Source: Shigella phage A2. From it: a DNA stretch of 64,000 bases. The DNA lies in the sequence record OP197928. One strand, 5' to 3'. Both the position numbers and the translations under genes were made by a program. Shown piece by piece: positions 31,668 through 43,683 of this stretch (position 1 is its first letter; each line of letters starts with the position of its first letter). The notes under the pieces were generated by a model that worked only from the letters and a program-made list of their open reading frames with translations, ran no database searches and was not told the DNA's origin.

Positions 31668-32164
31668 AAAGTTTTAATAACCTCTATAATATCGTCTTGA
31701 GAAAGACCGTTAATTAAAATATGATGTTCAGCCGGAGATTTAGAAATTTTAAAGCATGCCTCAACATCTTCTGCCATATCCGATGCGCTACGATTTGGAT
31801 TACTAATTCCAAGACGATGTTTTCCCGTTAAAGGATTAACGATGATATAGCATTTACAGTTGTTAATATGAACATTAGGTTGAGTCTGATTAATGAACAC
31901 ATCGCAATCATATTTCGCAAGCTGATTTTCTAAAAAGACTTTCATCTCCTCAACCGCATCAGGAAGCATATCACGGGCTTGCTCAAGACGACGATTTCGA
32001 TATTCTTTAATGGTCGTTTTCCGCTTGACTTGTTTAGCTAAATCTTTCTTAAGATCGGTGATATATCCAACTCGACGATTTCCTTTAAATACAGAAATCC
32101 CATCTGTAGTATCACCGTATGCTTCAACGACCATTTCAGTAGTAATAAGCTGTAAATCCATCAT
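31658..32164 (-). CDS. alc: Alc, host transcription elongation inhibitor
   Basis: 168 aa (167 from second Met); position between spanins and rnlA. Confidence 0.7.
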   Translation of the reverse strand: MMDLQLITTEMVVEAYGDTTDGISVFKGNRRVGYITDLKKDLAKQVKRKTTIKEYRNRRLEQARDMLPDAVEEMKVFLENQLAKYDCDVFINQTQPNVHINNCKCYIIVNPLTGKHRLGISNPNRSASDMAEDVEACFKISKSPAEHHILINGLSQDDIIEVIKTLCN

Positions 32165-32191
32165 AAAGTCCTCATGTTATGTCAGTAAGAC

Positions 32192-32221
32192 TACTGTAAC
32201 ACAACACGAGGGACTTGTAAA
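32192..32221 (-). promoter_or_regulatory. Early promoter block upstream of alc
   Basis: Minus strand GTTTACA, 17 bp, TACAGT; 53 bp near-identical to 16535..16587. Confidence 0.5.
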
Positions 32222-32225
32222 CAGC

Positions 32226-33813
<1,588 letters not shown>

Positions 33814-33815
33814 AA

Positions 33816-33835
33816 TAAAATGGGCCTTGCGGCCC
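33816..33835 (-). terminator. Hairpin between nrdB and denA
   Basis: GGGCC-TTGC-GGCCC hairpin followed on minus strand by ATTTTATT just before denA ATG. Confidence 0.45.
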
Positions 33836-33840
33836 ACTCC

Positions 33841-35019
33841 TTAAAAATATTTTTTAAAACTCATCATAACTTTATCATCAACATCATTATCAATCTGTGC
33901 AACAAGGTAAGATGACAGTTCTACTTCTTGCGGTGCAGATTGAACATTATCAGAATTAAGATATTCACGAATCCAAGGATATGGATGTTTAACCGGAGCA
34001 TCGGTAATTGGGCATGGAAGACCGCACTGTTTCATACGAGATACAGTTAAGTAATCAATAAAGCTCCACATGCTATTTGTATTTAATCCAGGAACATCGC
34101 CATCTTTAAATAAATGAACTGCCCAATCTTTTTCTTGGCGGTTAACTTCCATGAAAATATCAACTGCTTCTTGTTCACACTCTTTGGCAATTTTAACCCA
34201 TTCATCGCCATCAGTACCAGATTGAAGTTGACGAATAATATATTGTGTACCTTTAAGATGAAGCTGCTCATCACGTGCAATAAATTTCATAATCTTCGCA
34301 TTACCTTCCATGATTTCCATGTTCTTATGGAAGTTGAAAGTACATGCAAAGGATACATAAAAACGAATAGCTTCCAATGCGTTGATTACATGCAGACAAA
34401 GGTAAAGAGAACGCATTAGTTCGTATTTGCATTCTTCTACATGCATAAGGCTATTTGAATATGCGTCCAAATCATATTCATTCTCTGAAAAACACCTAAA
34501 AATTTCTTTTGCGTTTTCCCATTCACGAGTTTTCTCAATAACATCATCATAATAACGACCAATAGATTCAGCACGTTTCATGATAGCTTTATCTAATACA
34601 ATCTCATCAAATACCTTTGACGGATCAGTATAAAGATTTCGCATGATATGAGTATATGAACGACTGTGAATAGTTTCACTAAAAGTCCACGTAGCAACCC
34701 ATGTATCAAGGCTTGGGTCTGAAATTAATGACATAAGTACAGCAGACGGCGCACGACCCTGAATGCTATCCAAAAGTGATTGATACTTCAGATTATTAGT
34801 AAAAATATTTTGCTGATACTGAGGAAGCTTATTAAACTGTGCAGCATCCATCATCAAGTTTACTTCTTCAGGACGCCAGAAAAATGACAATTGCTTTTCG
34901 GTTAAATCTTCAAAAACTTTATGGCGTTGAATATCATAACGCGCAATACCAAGACCTGAACCGAAGAACATAGGTTCTTTTAAAACATCAACTGGATTTG
35001 TATTAAAAACTGTGCTCAT
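33841..35019 (-). CDS. nrdB: Ribonucleotide reductase small subunit, uninterrupted
   Basis: 392 aa single ORF; diiron RNR small subunit fold; no intron. Confidence 0.93.
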   Translation of the reverse strand: MSTVFNTNPVDVLKEPMFFGSGLGIARYDIQRHKVFEDLTEKQLSFFWRPEEVNLMMDAAQFNKLPQYQQNIFTNNLKYQSLLDSIQGRAPSAVLMSLISDPSLDTWVATWTFSETIHSRSYTHIMRNLYTDPSKVFDEIVLDKAIMKRAESIGRYYDDVIEKTREWENAKEIFRCFSENEYDLDAYSNSLMHVEECKYELMRSLYLCLHVINALEAIRFYVSFACTFNFHKNMEIMEGNAKIMKFIARDEQLHLKGTQYIIRQLQSGTDGDEWVKIAKECEQEAVDIFMEVNRQEKDWAVHLFKDGDVPGLNTNSMWSFIDYLTVSRMKQCGLPCPITDAPVKHPYPWIREYLNSDNVQSAPQEVELSSYLVAQIDNDVDDKVMMSFKKYF

Positions 35020-35070
35020 AAATTTTCCGCTTAGTTAATAGATAGTGACTCGTCCATGAGTCAAATTATA

Positions 35071-37335
35071 TCATAATTTACAGGATGAACAATCTTCAGC
35101 TTTTGGAGTTTCTATTTCATAATCATCAGTACCAGAACCGTCACGTGTATTATGATAATAGAAATTTTTTCCGCCAAAATACCAAAAATACAAAAGGTCA
35201 TCAATCATTATTGACATTGGAACCTTTCCTTTTGGAAAAATCTGCGGGTCATAGTATGTATTCGCCGAAGCTGATTGACATACCCATTTAAGCATAATAG
35301 CTACTTGCGTAAGATAAGGTTTATTACCTTTCTTAGCTAATTTCCACGTATAATCATAGAGGTCTATGTTATGCTCAATATTGGGCACGACTTGATTAAA
35401 GGAACCCTCTTTTGATTCTTTAACAGAGACTGGTCCACGTGGAGGCTCGATACCGTTTGTACTGTTAGAAACTTGGGAAGATGACTCACATGGCATAAGT
35501 GCTGATAATGTGCTATTACGGATGCCAAAGAGCTTAAGGTCTTCCCGCAGCGACGACCAGTCACAAACGTATTTTGGAGCTGCGATTTGGTCAATCTTTT
35601 TATTGTACCAGTCGATAGGTAATTCGCCTCGAGACCAACGAGTGTCTGAATAATATTCGCAAGGTCCTTTTTCTTTGGCGAGCTTAATGGATGCTTTAAT
35701 GAGTCCATACTGTAATCTCTCAAATAGTTCATGTGTTAAATCGTTAGCATCTTCATAAGAAGCAAAGTTACTTGCCAGCCAAGCTGCATAGTTGGTAACA
35801 CCTACGCCAAGATTTCGACGCTTTTTAGCTTTTTCTGCTTCAGGAACCGGATATCCTTGGTAATCCAAAAGATTATCAAGAGCACGAACCTGGACTTCTG
35901 CCAATTCATTAATTTTATCTTGGTCTTGCCAGTCAAAATTATCCAGTACGAATGCAGAGAGAGTACACAATCCAATTTCAGCATCAGGACTATTCACATC
36001 ATTTGTTGGAATAGCAATTTCACAGCACAAGTTACTCTGACGAATAGGTGCCTTTTCACGAATAAACGGAGTATAGTTATTCGTATTATCAATGAACTGT
36101 ACATAAATCCTTGCTGTTCCTGAGCGTTCAGTCATGAGCAATTCAAATAGTTCACGAGCTTTAATACGCTTTTTACGAATATTAGGGTCTTTTTCTGCGG
36201 CTTCATACAATTCACGGAAACGGTCTTGGTCTTTAAAATAAGAATAATAAAGCTCTCCGCCCATTTCATGGGGACTGAACAAAGTAATGTAATCGTTCTT
36301 TCCAAAACGTTCCATCATCAAATCATTCAGTTGAACACCATAATCCATATGACGAATGCGGTTTTCTTCTACGCCTTTGTTATTTTTCAAAACAAGAAGA
36401 TTTTCAACTTCCAAATGCCAAATAGGATAATAAGCAGTAGCAGCGCCGCCACGAATTCCACCCTGTGAGCATGATTTAACAGCAGTCTGAAAATGTTTCC
36501 AAAAAGGAATAACACCAGTATGGCGTACTTCACCCATGCCAATCTTAGAACCTTCAGCACGAATCATACCAACGTTAATACCAATTCCAGCGCGTTTAGA
36601 GATATATTCAACAATTGAAGCGGAAGCCTTATTGATAGACTTTAATGAATCACCTGCCTCAATAACAACGCATGAACTAAACTGCCGGGTTGGAGTACGG
36701 CAACCAGCCATAATAGGAGTTGGCAATGAAATCTGTCGAGTAGATACTGCTTCATAAAAACGGATAACGTGTTTTAATCTATCAACAGGTTCATCTTGAT
36801 GCAATGCCATTCCAATAGTCATAAATGCAAACTGTGGAGTTTCATAAATTTGACCAGTGGTTTTATCTTTAACTAGATATTTTTCTTTTAATTGCATCGC
36901 CCCGGAATAAGTAAATTCCATATCCCGCTCGTGCTTAATTTTTGATTCTAAAAATGTAATTTCTTCTGCAGAATATTTTGACAACAATTCAGGGTCGTAT
37001 TTACCTTCATTTACACAGTAAGAAATATGGTCAATAAATGAACGTGGTTCATACTGCCCATAAACATGCTTACGAAGAGCGAACATTAAACAGCGTGCAG
37101 CTACATATTGATAATCAGGCTCTTCAACTGAAATAGAATTCGCAGCAGCCTTAATTACAATGGTTTGAATGTCATCAGTTGTCATTCCATCACGGAGATA
37201 TGATTTAATATTTTCATATAATTCATAAGGATCTACAGATGTTCCTTCAGCTGCCCAAGATAAAACTTTAATAATTTTTTGCGGGTCAAAGCTCTGAGAA
37301 ACACCACTACTTTTGATAACATTAATTAATTGCAT
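35071..37335 (-). CDS. nrdA: Ribonucleotide reductase large subunit
   Basis: 754 aa; active-site NLCCEIA and C-terminal CSSCKL redox cysteines. Confidence 0.95.
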   Translation of the reverse strand: MQLINVIKSSGVSQSFDPQKIIKVLSWAAEGTSVDPYELYENIKSYLRDGMTTDDIQTIVIKAAANSISVEEPDYQYVAARCLMFALRKHVYGQYEPRSFIDHISYCVNEGKYDPELLSKYSAEEITFLESKIKHERDMEFTYSGAMQLKEKYLVKDKTTGQIYETPQFAFMTIGMALHQDEPVDRLKHVIRFYEAVSTRQISLPTPIMAGCRTPTRQFSSCVVIEAGDSLKSINKASASIVEYISKRAGIGINVGMIRAEGSKIGMGEVRHTGVIPFWKHFQTAVKSCSQGGIRGGAATAYYPIWHLEVENLLVLKNNKGVEENRIRHMDYGVQLNDLMMERFGKNDYITLFSPHEMGGELYYSYFKDQDRFRELYEAAEKDPNIRKKRIKARELFELLMTERSGTARIYVQFIDNTNNYTPFIREKAPIRQSNLCCEIAIPTNDVNSPDAEIGLCTLSAFVLDNFDWQDQDKINELAEVQVRALDNLLDYQGYPVPEAEKAKKRRNLGVGVTNYAAWLASNFASYEDANDLTHELFERLQYGLIKASIKLAKEKGPCEYYSDTRWSRGELPIDWYNKKIDQIAAPKYVCDWSSLREDLKLFGIRNSTLSALMPCESSSQVSNSTNGIEPPRGPVSVKESKEGSFNQVVPNIEHNIDLYDYTWKLAKKGNKPYLTQVAIMLKWVCQSASANTYYDPQIFPKGKVPMSIMIDDLLYFWYFGGKNFYYHNTRDGSGTDDYEIETPKAEDCSSCKL

Positions 37336-37652
37336 AAGTCCTCAACTTGAAAATCGTCTTTAAACAATCGGTTAACTATATGAGCTATTATATCACCATG
37401 ACACGGCTTTGGTTTACATGTGCATCCTAGCCTCATTCCACGTAAAGGCTCTAAATGTGCTTTAGTTATTTCTCCGGATTTAATTCGACGTATAAAATCT
37501 TTTTTGAATAATTCAATGGCAGCCTCCCGGCTGCCAGCATCTTTACCGACGTAATTTCCCCAAAATGTACCACGGTGAATATTAACATCAAAGTCGGATT
37601 TATATTTATTCACTACTCGGCATATACGGCCTGCGCGGTTGTAAGTGTTCAT
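37326..37652 (-). CDS. Hypothetical protein (nrdA.1 position), Cys/His cluster
   Basis: 108 aa ORF; [11 protein letters not shown] motif. Confidence 0.65.
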   Translation of the reverse strand: MNTYNRAGRICRVVNKYKSDFDVNIHRGTFWGNYVGKDAGSREAAIELFKKDFIRRIKSGEITKAHLEPLRGMRLGCTCKPKPCHGDIIAHIVNRLFKDDFQVEDLCN

Positions 37653-37881
37653 ATTGTTCTTCCGTTAAAACAGTAATATCGTAGTAACAGTCAGAAGAAG
37701 TTTTAACTGTGGAAATTTTATTATCAAAATACTCACGAGTCATTTTATGAGTATAATATTTTTTGCCATAAATGATAATAGGCTGTTCTGGTCCTGGAAC
37801 TTCTAACTCGCTTGGATTAGGAAGTGTAAAAAGAACGACACCAGAAGTATCCTTAAATCGTAAAATCATATATCCTCTCAA
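37606..37881 (-). CDS. Hypothetical protein (nrdA.2 position)
   Basis: 91 aa ORF. Confidence 0.6.
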   Translation of the reverse strand: MRGYMILRFKDTSGVVLFTLPNPSELEVPGPEQPIIIYGKKYYTHKMTREYFDNKISTVKTSSDCYYDITVLTEEQYEHLQPRRPYMPSSE

Positions 37882-37892
37882 TTAAATTAAAA

Positions 37893-38753
37893 TTACACCG
37901 CCATCTTTCCTTTCAATACACCGTGGGACTGATAATCTTTGAGAACGAAATCTTTAGGCCTGAGTTTAAGAACATATTCCAATTGTTCTTTAGTAGAAAG
38001 ATAACGGAATTTATAAGGCAATCCGCCTATTACCAGTTCACAAAGCTCTTTAGGTTCACGACGCAAAATTTCTTTGCATTGTTCTACATGATTCATATAG
38101 ATATGAGTATTACCACCAGAAAATATCAAATCTCCTGGAGTAAGATTACACATCTTAGCTACAATATGAACTAACGCAGCATATGATGCAATATTAAATG
38201 GAAGGCCGAGAAAAACATCTACTGATCGTTGATACCACTGCAAATCCAAATAGCCATTACGCACATTAAACTGATAGAACATATGACAAGGCGGTAATGC
38301 CATCTGCTTGATTTCAGCTGGATTCCATGCTGAAACGATTTGACGTCGATCAGTTGGTAATTTTTTAATACGATCAATAGTTTCAACTAATTGATCCACA
38401 CCACCGAAATCACGCCATTGTTTACCATATATAGGACCAAGTTCACCACTATGATATCCTAGGTCTTTAGCCTGGTTTTCATAGTTATCGTCCCAAATAG
38501 TTTTACCTTGAATAAGACTACCATGAGTGCGAAGACGTAAATCATTAACATTGGTAGAACCGGAAATAAACCATAAAAGCTCAGCAATGCATGCATTCCA
38601 GGCGAGCTTCTTAGTTGTTACTGCAGGAAAACCTTTGGTTAAATCCCATCGTAATTTAGTACCGAACAAAGCAATTGTTCCTGTGCCCGTTCGGTCATCG
38701 GTTTCATAGCCATTTTCAAAAATGTCTTTAATTAAATCTTGGTATTGTTTCAT
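37893..38753 (-). CDS. td: Thymidylate synthase, uninterrupted
   Basis: 286 aa single ORF; catalytic PPCH motif (ALPPCHMFYQF). Confidence 0.95.
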   Translation of the reverse strand: MKQYQDLIKDIFENGYETDDRTGTGTIALFGTKLRWDLTKGFPAVTTKKLAWNACIAELLWFISGSTNVNDLRLRTHGSLIQGKTIWDDNYENQAKDLGYHSGELGPIYGKQWRDFGGVDQLVETIDRIKKLPTDRRQIVSAWNPAEIKQMALPPCHMFYQFNVRNGYLDLQWYQRSVDVFLGLPFNIASYAALVHIVAKMCNLTPGDLIFSGGNTHIYMNHVEQCKEILRREPKELCELVIGGLPYKFRYLSTKEQLEYVLKLRPKDFVLKDYQSHGVLKGKMAV

Positions 38754-38798
38754 TTAGTACCTTATATAAATTATAATACATTTTATGAAGCTAAATAA

Positions 38799-39158
38799 TC
38801 AATACGGTTTAGCATCAAATTTTCTCTCAATTTCAGGCGTGAAATATAATTCTTTACCGCGTTTGGAAAAGCGACCAATAATATGATAATTATTCTCATC
38901 AAACGTGATATTACCAATATCCATAGCTTTCAACCAAATATCGATATTTCTATCCAGCTTTATATCAAAATTCCAATACGGAGAACTATTACCGAAAATA
39001 ATGCAAGCGGATTCAGTGAAACAACTGCTATAAATCTTGTCTTTAGGAACTACTAATTGATAGACACCTTTAATAAACTGAGGACCCTGCCACTTTGGCT
39101 GTTTCGTGTCTTTTTCTAATAGAATAGGGTAATAATTAAAATTCATATTTTCCGCCAC
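38799..39158 (-). CDS. Hypothetical protein located between td and frd
   Basis: 119 aa ORF occupying a 413 bp spacer between frd stop and td start. Confidence 0.6.
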   Translation of the reverse strand: MAENMNFNYYPILLEKDTKQPKWQGPQFIKGVYQLVVPKDKIYSSCFTESACIIFGNSSPYWNFDIKLDRNIDIWLKAMDIGNITFDENNYHIIGRFSKRGKELYFTPEIERKFDAKPY

Positions 39159-39166
39159 GTGTTATT

Positions 39167-39996
<830 letters not shown>

Positions 39997-40007
39997 ATTA
40001 TCTCCTA

Positions 40008-40340
40008 TTAAAAAGGATCAGGAACATATCCACTAGCTTTAATCATTTTAATTAACGTTAACATTCCTTTGTTAACTGCTTGTGAGATTTCATCAAAAAC
40101 TTCATCATTAAAAAGTTCTAGCACACCCTTCTGAACTTTTAATTTACAGCCAACAATTTCGTCATCGCCTATAGTAAATTCATTACCGCCAATTCCACCG
40201 AAAAACTTAATTACCCCAGTTAACTGTCTTCCACGAGAATATGGGTCATGTGATAAAGTAATATGAGTCACCCCAGGTACAGTTTTAAATTGACAGCGAA
40301 TGTTTACTTGAGAAATTCCAGTTACATGAATGTCAGACAT
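40008..40340 (-). CDS. Hypothetical protein (frd.x cluster)
   Basis: 110 aa ORF. Confidence 0.6.
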   Translation of the reverse strand: MSDIHVTGISQVNIRCQFKTVPGVTHITLSHDPYSRGRQLTGVIKFFGGIGGNEFTIGDDEIVGCKLKVQKGVLELFNDEVFDEISQAVNKGMLTLIKMIKASGYVPDPF

Positions 40341-40350
40341 AATATTTTCC

Positions 40351-40593
40351 TCAAACAGACTTTTTCACAATTTTCCAATCAGCTTTAAACTGATCAACAT
40401 CAGAATGGTAAATCCAGAATCCTGCGCTTTCTCCATCTTCATAAAGAGGACATCCATCGCATTCATCTTCCCATCCCATATCACGCAAAAGACGTTCAGC
40501 TTTTTCAACAAGTTCAGAATCTTTACCGATGATATTAAAATACCATTTACCTTTAACTTCTGAATCTTTAATGCTCTGACGTTGTAATCTCAT
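40351..40593 (-). CDS. Hypothetical protein (frd.x cluster)
   Basis: 80 aa ORF; early promoter and AAGGAG SD upstream. Confidence 0.65.
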   Translation of the reverse strand: MRLQRQSIKDSEVKGKWYFNIIGKDSELVEKAERLLRDMGWEDECDGCPLYEDGESAGFWIYHSDVDQFKADWKIVKKSV

Positions 40594-40618
40594 TTTATTC
40601 TCCTTAGTTGATAGGGTA

Positions 40619-40648
40619 ATAGTATCACACTACTACCCTACTGTAAAC
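40619..40648 (-). promoter_or_regulatory. Early promoter (GTTTACA -35, 17 bp, TACTAT -10)
   Basis: Conserved block GTAGTTGATAGGGTAATAGTA shared with 61635 and 62141 copies. Confidence 0.55.
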
Positions 40649-41010
40649 TACTTTTTGAAAGTTTTTCGCAAAAGTTCAATGATTTCATCTACATTGTTTT
40701 CGTCAACAATGCAGTGAATTTTTGTTACGCCAGAAACCTTGTCTTCGACTTCATCTTCAGAAGTCGGTTCTTTATACTCACGAAAACAATGAAATTCATC
40801 TTCGCAGACGTTGAAGTAAAAATGCTTTCCATTGGCGCATTCTACGTGTTTTACTACTTTAAATCCATCAGCAAAGAAAACTTCTTTAACTTCAAACCAT
40901 CCGCCATTTTCTTGAATAGCTTTAACTATTAATGAATTAGAACGCGGGCGATAATTAATAAATGTATCAATAAGTCTTGGAACAAGTTCGTACTTTTTAT
41001 CAATATACAT
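40648..41010 (-). CDS. Hypothetical protein (frd.x cluster)
   Basis: 120 aa ORF. Confidence 0.6.
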   Translation of the reverse strand: MYIDKKYELVPRLIDTFINYRPRSNSLIVKAIQENGGWFEVKEVFFADGFKVVKHVECANGKHFYFNVCEDEFHCFREYKEPTSEDEVEDKVSGVTKIHCIVDENNVDEIIELLRKTFKK

Positions 41011-41055
41011 TATGTTTTCCTCATTTTAATAGGGGGCTTGATAGCCCCTCGATAA

Positions 41056-41286
41056 TTACTGTTCAATCAATCCCATGTAAAATTCTGCATCTTCAGCATC
41101 CATACCATCACAGTATTCATTAGCCATAAATCGTTCAAGAACTTCTAAAGGACCTTCAATAACAATAGAAAAATTGCAATAATTGGGATCATCATGAATA
41201 CTTGTGATACTAAGTTCAGGATAACGATTACGAATAATTTCTTCAATATATTCAAAATCAACGATGTCAATATCAACTTTAGCCAT
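41056..41286 (-). CDS. Hypothetical protein (frd.x cluster)
   Basis: Likely start MAKVDIDIV with AGAGGA SD (76 aa); track ORF extends to 41307. Confidence 0.6.
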   Translation of the reverse strand: MAKVDIDIVDFEYIEEIIRNRYPELSITSIHDDPNYCNFSIVIEGPLEVLERFMANEYCDGMDAEDAEFYMGLIEQ

Positions 41287-41329
41287 ATTATTTTCCTCTT
41301 TAATCATCAGCAGTATTGCCGATAGTTGT

Positions 41330-41359
41330 ATAGTACCATAAAGCTTTATGCTTGTAAAC
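41330..41359 (-). promoter_or_regulatory. Early promoter (GTTTACA -35, 17 bp, TACTAT -10)
   Basis: Minus-strand read; A/T-rich upstream element; follows gene 32 terminator. Confidence 0.55.
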
Positions 41360-41380
41360 CGTTTTGTGAAAAAATTTTTG

Positions 41381-41409
41381 AAATAAAAAAGGGGACCTCT
41401 AGGGTCCCC
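41381..41409 (-). terminator. Rho-independent terminator downstream of gene 32
   Basis: GGGGACC-loop-GGTCCCC hairpin followed by TTTTTTATTT on minus strand. Confidence 0.75.
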
Positions 41410-41431
41410 AATTAATTAGTAATATAATCTA

Positions 41432-42340
41432 TTAAAGGTCATTCAAAAGGTCATCCAGGTCCGTGTCATCAGCACTAGATGAACTGCCAGAGCTTGAGCT
41501 CATAAAATCATCTTCAGTTTTTGTTTTGAAGTCATCAACATTAAATGCATCCAAATCATCAGCAACTTTATCGGCTTTCTTAGCAGCAGTTGCTGCGGCA
41601 CCACCCATAGCAGCAGTTCCCATAACTTGACTGAACTTAGTGCTCAGTTCTTCAAACGATTTGAATTTATCTTTAGAAGTCATTTCAGAAAGGTCAACCA
41701 TTTGTTCGAACAGTTCTTTCTGGAAAGATTCATCATCAATGTTTGGAATCGCAGATTGATTCAGGAATTTAGATTCGTCGTAGTTACTAAAACCAGAAAC
41801 TTGTTTAACTTTCAGTACAAAGTTAGCACCTTCCCACGGACAAGTTACATCAACCGGAGTTTCACCCATTTCAACATCAACTGCAATCATTGCGTTGATT
41901 TTATCCCAGATTTTCTTACCGAAACGGTATTTAAATACTTTACCTTCATTTTCTGGAGCAGCTGGGTCTTTTACTACAAGAATGTTAGCCCAGTAAGAAG
42001 TTTTACGTTTAACAAGACCGTACTCTTTATTGTCAGTGTTGTACAAATCATTTTTACTGATATACTGACATACTGGGCAAGAATCGTAATCACCGTGGGT
42101 AGATGAACAGTTTTCAATATACCATTTACCATTTTTCTTGAAACCGTGATTTACAAGAATTGCGAATGGTGCTTGTTCATCATTTTTAGACGGAAGAAAA
42201 CGAATTACTGCTTGACCGTTACCCGCATTATCGAGTTTCAGTTTCCACTCGCCTTTATCTTCAGAAGAAAAACCACCTTTGTTTCCAGCCAGTTTAGCCA
42301 TTTGTGCAGCGAGTTCAGCAGTAGATTTACGTTTAAACAT
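41432..42340 (-). CDS. 32: Single-stranded DNA-binding protein gp32
   Basis: 302 aa; acidic Ser/Asp-rich C-terminal tail; sequence recognised. Confidence 0.95.
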   Translation of the reverse strand: MFKRKSTAELAAQMAKLAGNKGGFSSEDKGEWKLKLDNAGNGQAVIRFLPSKNDEQAPFAILVNHGFKKNGKWYIENCSSTHGDYDSCPVCQYISKNDLYNTDNKEYGLVKRKTSYWANILVVKDPAAPENEGKVFKYRFGKKIWDKINAMIAVDVEMGETPVDVTCPWEGANFVLKVKQVSGFSNYDESKFLNQSAIPNIDDESFQKELFEQMVDLSEMTSKDKFKSFEELSTKFSQVMGTAAMGGAAATAAKKADKVADDLDAFNVDDFKTKTEDDFMSSSSGSSSSADDTDLDDLLNDL

Positions 42341-42439
42341 TTTTATTTCCTTTTTAATTTAATTAACAGTTGGTGCTATGACGATGTATGACCTCATAGC
42401 TGGTCAGTGAGATAATTATAATCTATTTATAATAAGCAA

Positions 42440-43093
42440 TTAATACTTGCAAGATTTCACAGTTTCAATGAAAACTTTTTTAGCTTCCTGTGAATCGATA
42501 TTTAAAATTTTTCTATAAGCCTTTAACTTTATAGAATAATTATTCCAGACTAAATTATCAGTCTGTTCATCATGTTTATCGATTATATTTAAAAACGAAT
42601 CAAGCAAGATAAACGTCTCAAACGAAATTATATTCGATTGCAGAAGTTTAAAAATATAACTTGATTGAACTTTTGGATTATACTCAAAGATTTCTTTAAA
42701 AGCAGAAACTTCAACTTTTTTACTAAAATAATAAATGTTGCGAATATCTTCTTCAAACTTAAATTTAATTTGCTTTAAGCGTCCGATATATTCACGATAA
42801 AACACAAGTGCATCAGCGTCAGAGATGTCACCAATCCAAGCATCTTGGTTAGCAACAAGATTGCTTATAAAGATTAAAGCAAGTTCCTTTAATTTATATT
42901 TTTCTGATAACTTCTGGAAAAAATACTTATCCCTTCGCTTTTGATAAGCGGCATCAGACACCCGCATGCACCAATTATACTTAATTACATCATACTTTCC
43001 ATTCATATGTTGTTTTATCATTAAGTATAATTTATAAACTGATTTACCATCAATATATCTTTCACCACCAGCAGGCATGCGGAGTTTAATCAT
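42440..43093 (-). CDS. 59: Helicase loader gp59
   Basis: 217 aa; position next to 32. Confidence 0.88.
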   Translation of the reverse strand: MIKLRMPAGGERYIDGKSVYKLYLMIKQHMNGKYDVIKYNWCMRVSDAAYQKRRDKYFFQKLSEKYKLKELALIFISNLVANQDAWIGDISDADALVFYREYIGRLKQIKFKFEEDIRNIYYFSKKVEVSAFKEIFEYNPKVQSSYIFKLLQSNIISFETFILLDSFLNIIDKHDEQTDNLVWNNYSIKLKAYRKILNIDSQEAKKVFIETVKSCKY

Positions 43094-43428
43094 AGTAGAA
43101 AATCTAATGTATTAGTTTTTTCACAACGAACAACAGAAGGACGTAAAAGATTTTCGTCAATAGCTTCTGACTGAATTTTTTCAATTATACCCGAAGGAAT
43201 AAATTTAGCAAATTGAGTTTCAGGAATAGAATTTTCTTCCAAGAATGCTGTTGTAGCTTCAAGATAACTCATTCCAAACTCTTCTACCATTTTTTCAATA
43301 ATAAATCCATTTTCTTGGCGGTCAAGAAGCTTTGCAATTTCATCCTTTTCTTTCTTAATTGAAAGTTCTTTTTCTGAAAGCCCGGCCTCATCGACCGGGC
43401 GAATATCATTTAGAGAAAACTGTGTCAT
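43090..43428 (-). CDS. 33: Late transcription co-activator gp33
   Basis: Likely start MTQFSLNDI (112 aa). Confidence 0.85.
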   Translation of the reverse strand: MTQFSLNDIRPVDEAGLSEKELSIKKEKDEIAKLLDRQENGFIIEKMVEEFGMSYLEATTAFLEENSIPETQFAKFIPSGIIEKIQSEAIDENLLRPSVVRCEKTNTLDFLL

Positions 43429-43675
43429 AAAGTTCAACTACCTCTTCAGTTTCAGCTTCAAACACATCACGGTTATCTTTATGATACAAAGCTAATAGAC
43501 GATTAAACATCTTGCCATCAACACCAAGTTCATCTTTGGCACGAATTCGAATATCTTTAATCAATTCATTATAACCAGAAATTTTCAGTTTATGATCAGA
43601 TGCTTCTTTAATAAATTTAGCCAAGTCTTCGCCATGGATAGCTTCATCAAATTCAACCATTTCTTTTTTAGCCAT
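43406..43675 (-). CDS. dsbA: DsbA, dsDNA-binding late transcription enhancer
   Basis: 89 aa; position between 33 and rnh. Confidence 0.8.
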   Translation of the reverse strand: MAKKEMVEFDEAIHGEDLAKFIKEASDHKLKISGYNELIKDIRIRAKDELGVDGKMFNRLLALYHKDNRDVFEAETEEVVELYDTVFSK

Positions 43676-43683
43676 TATTCACC

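Noticed and set aside
33841-35019. Looked for a group I intron and homing endonuclease in nrdB and td
   Set aside because: Both genes are single continuous ORFs of full length with no intervening structured insert
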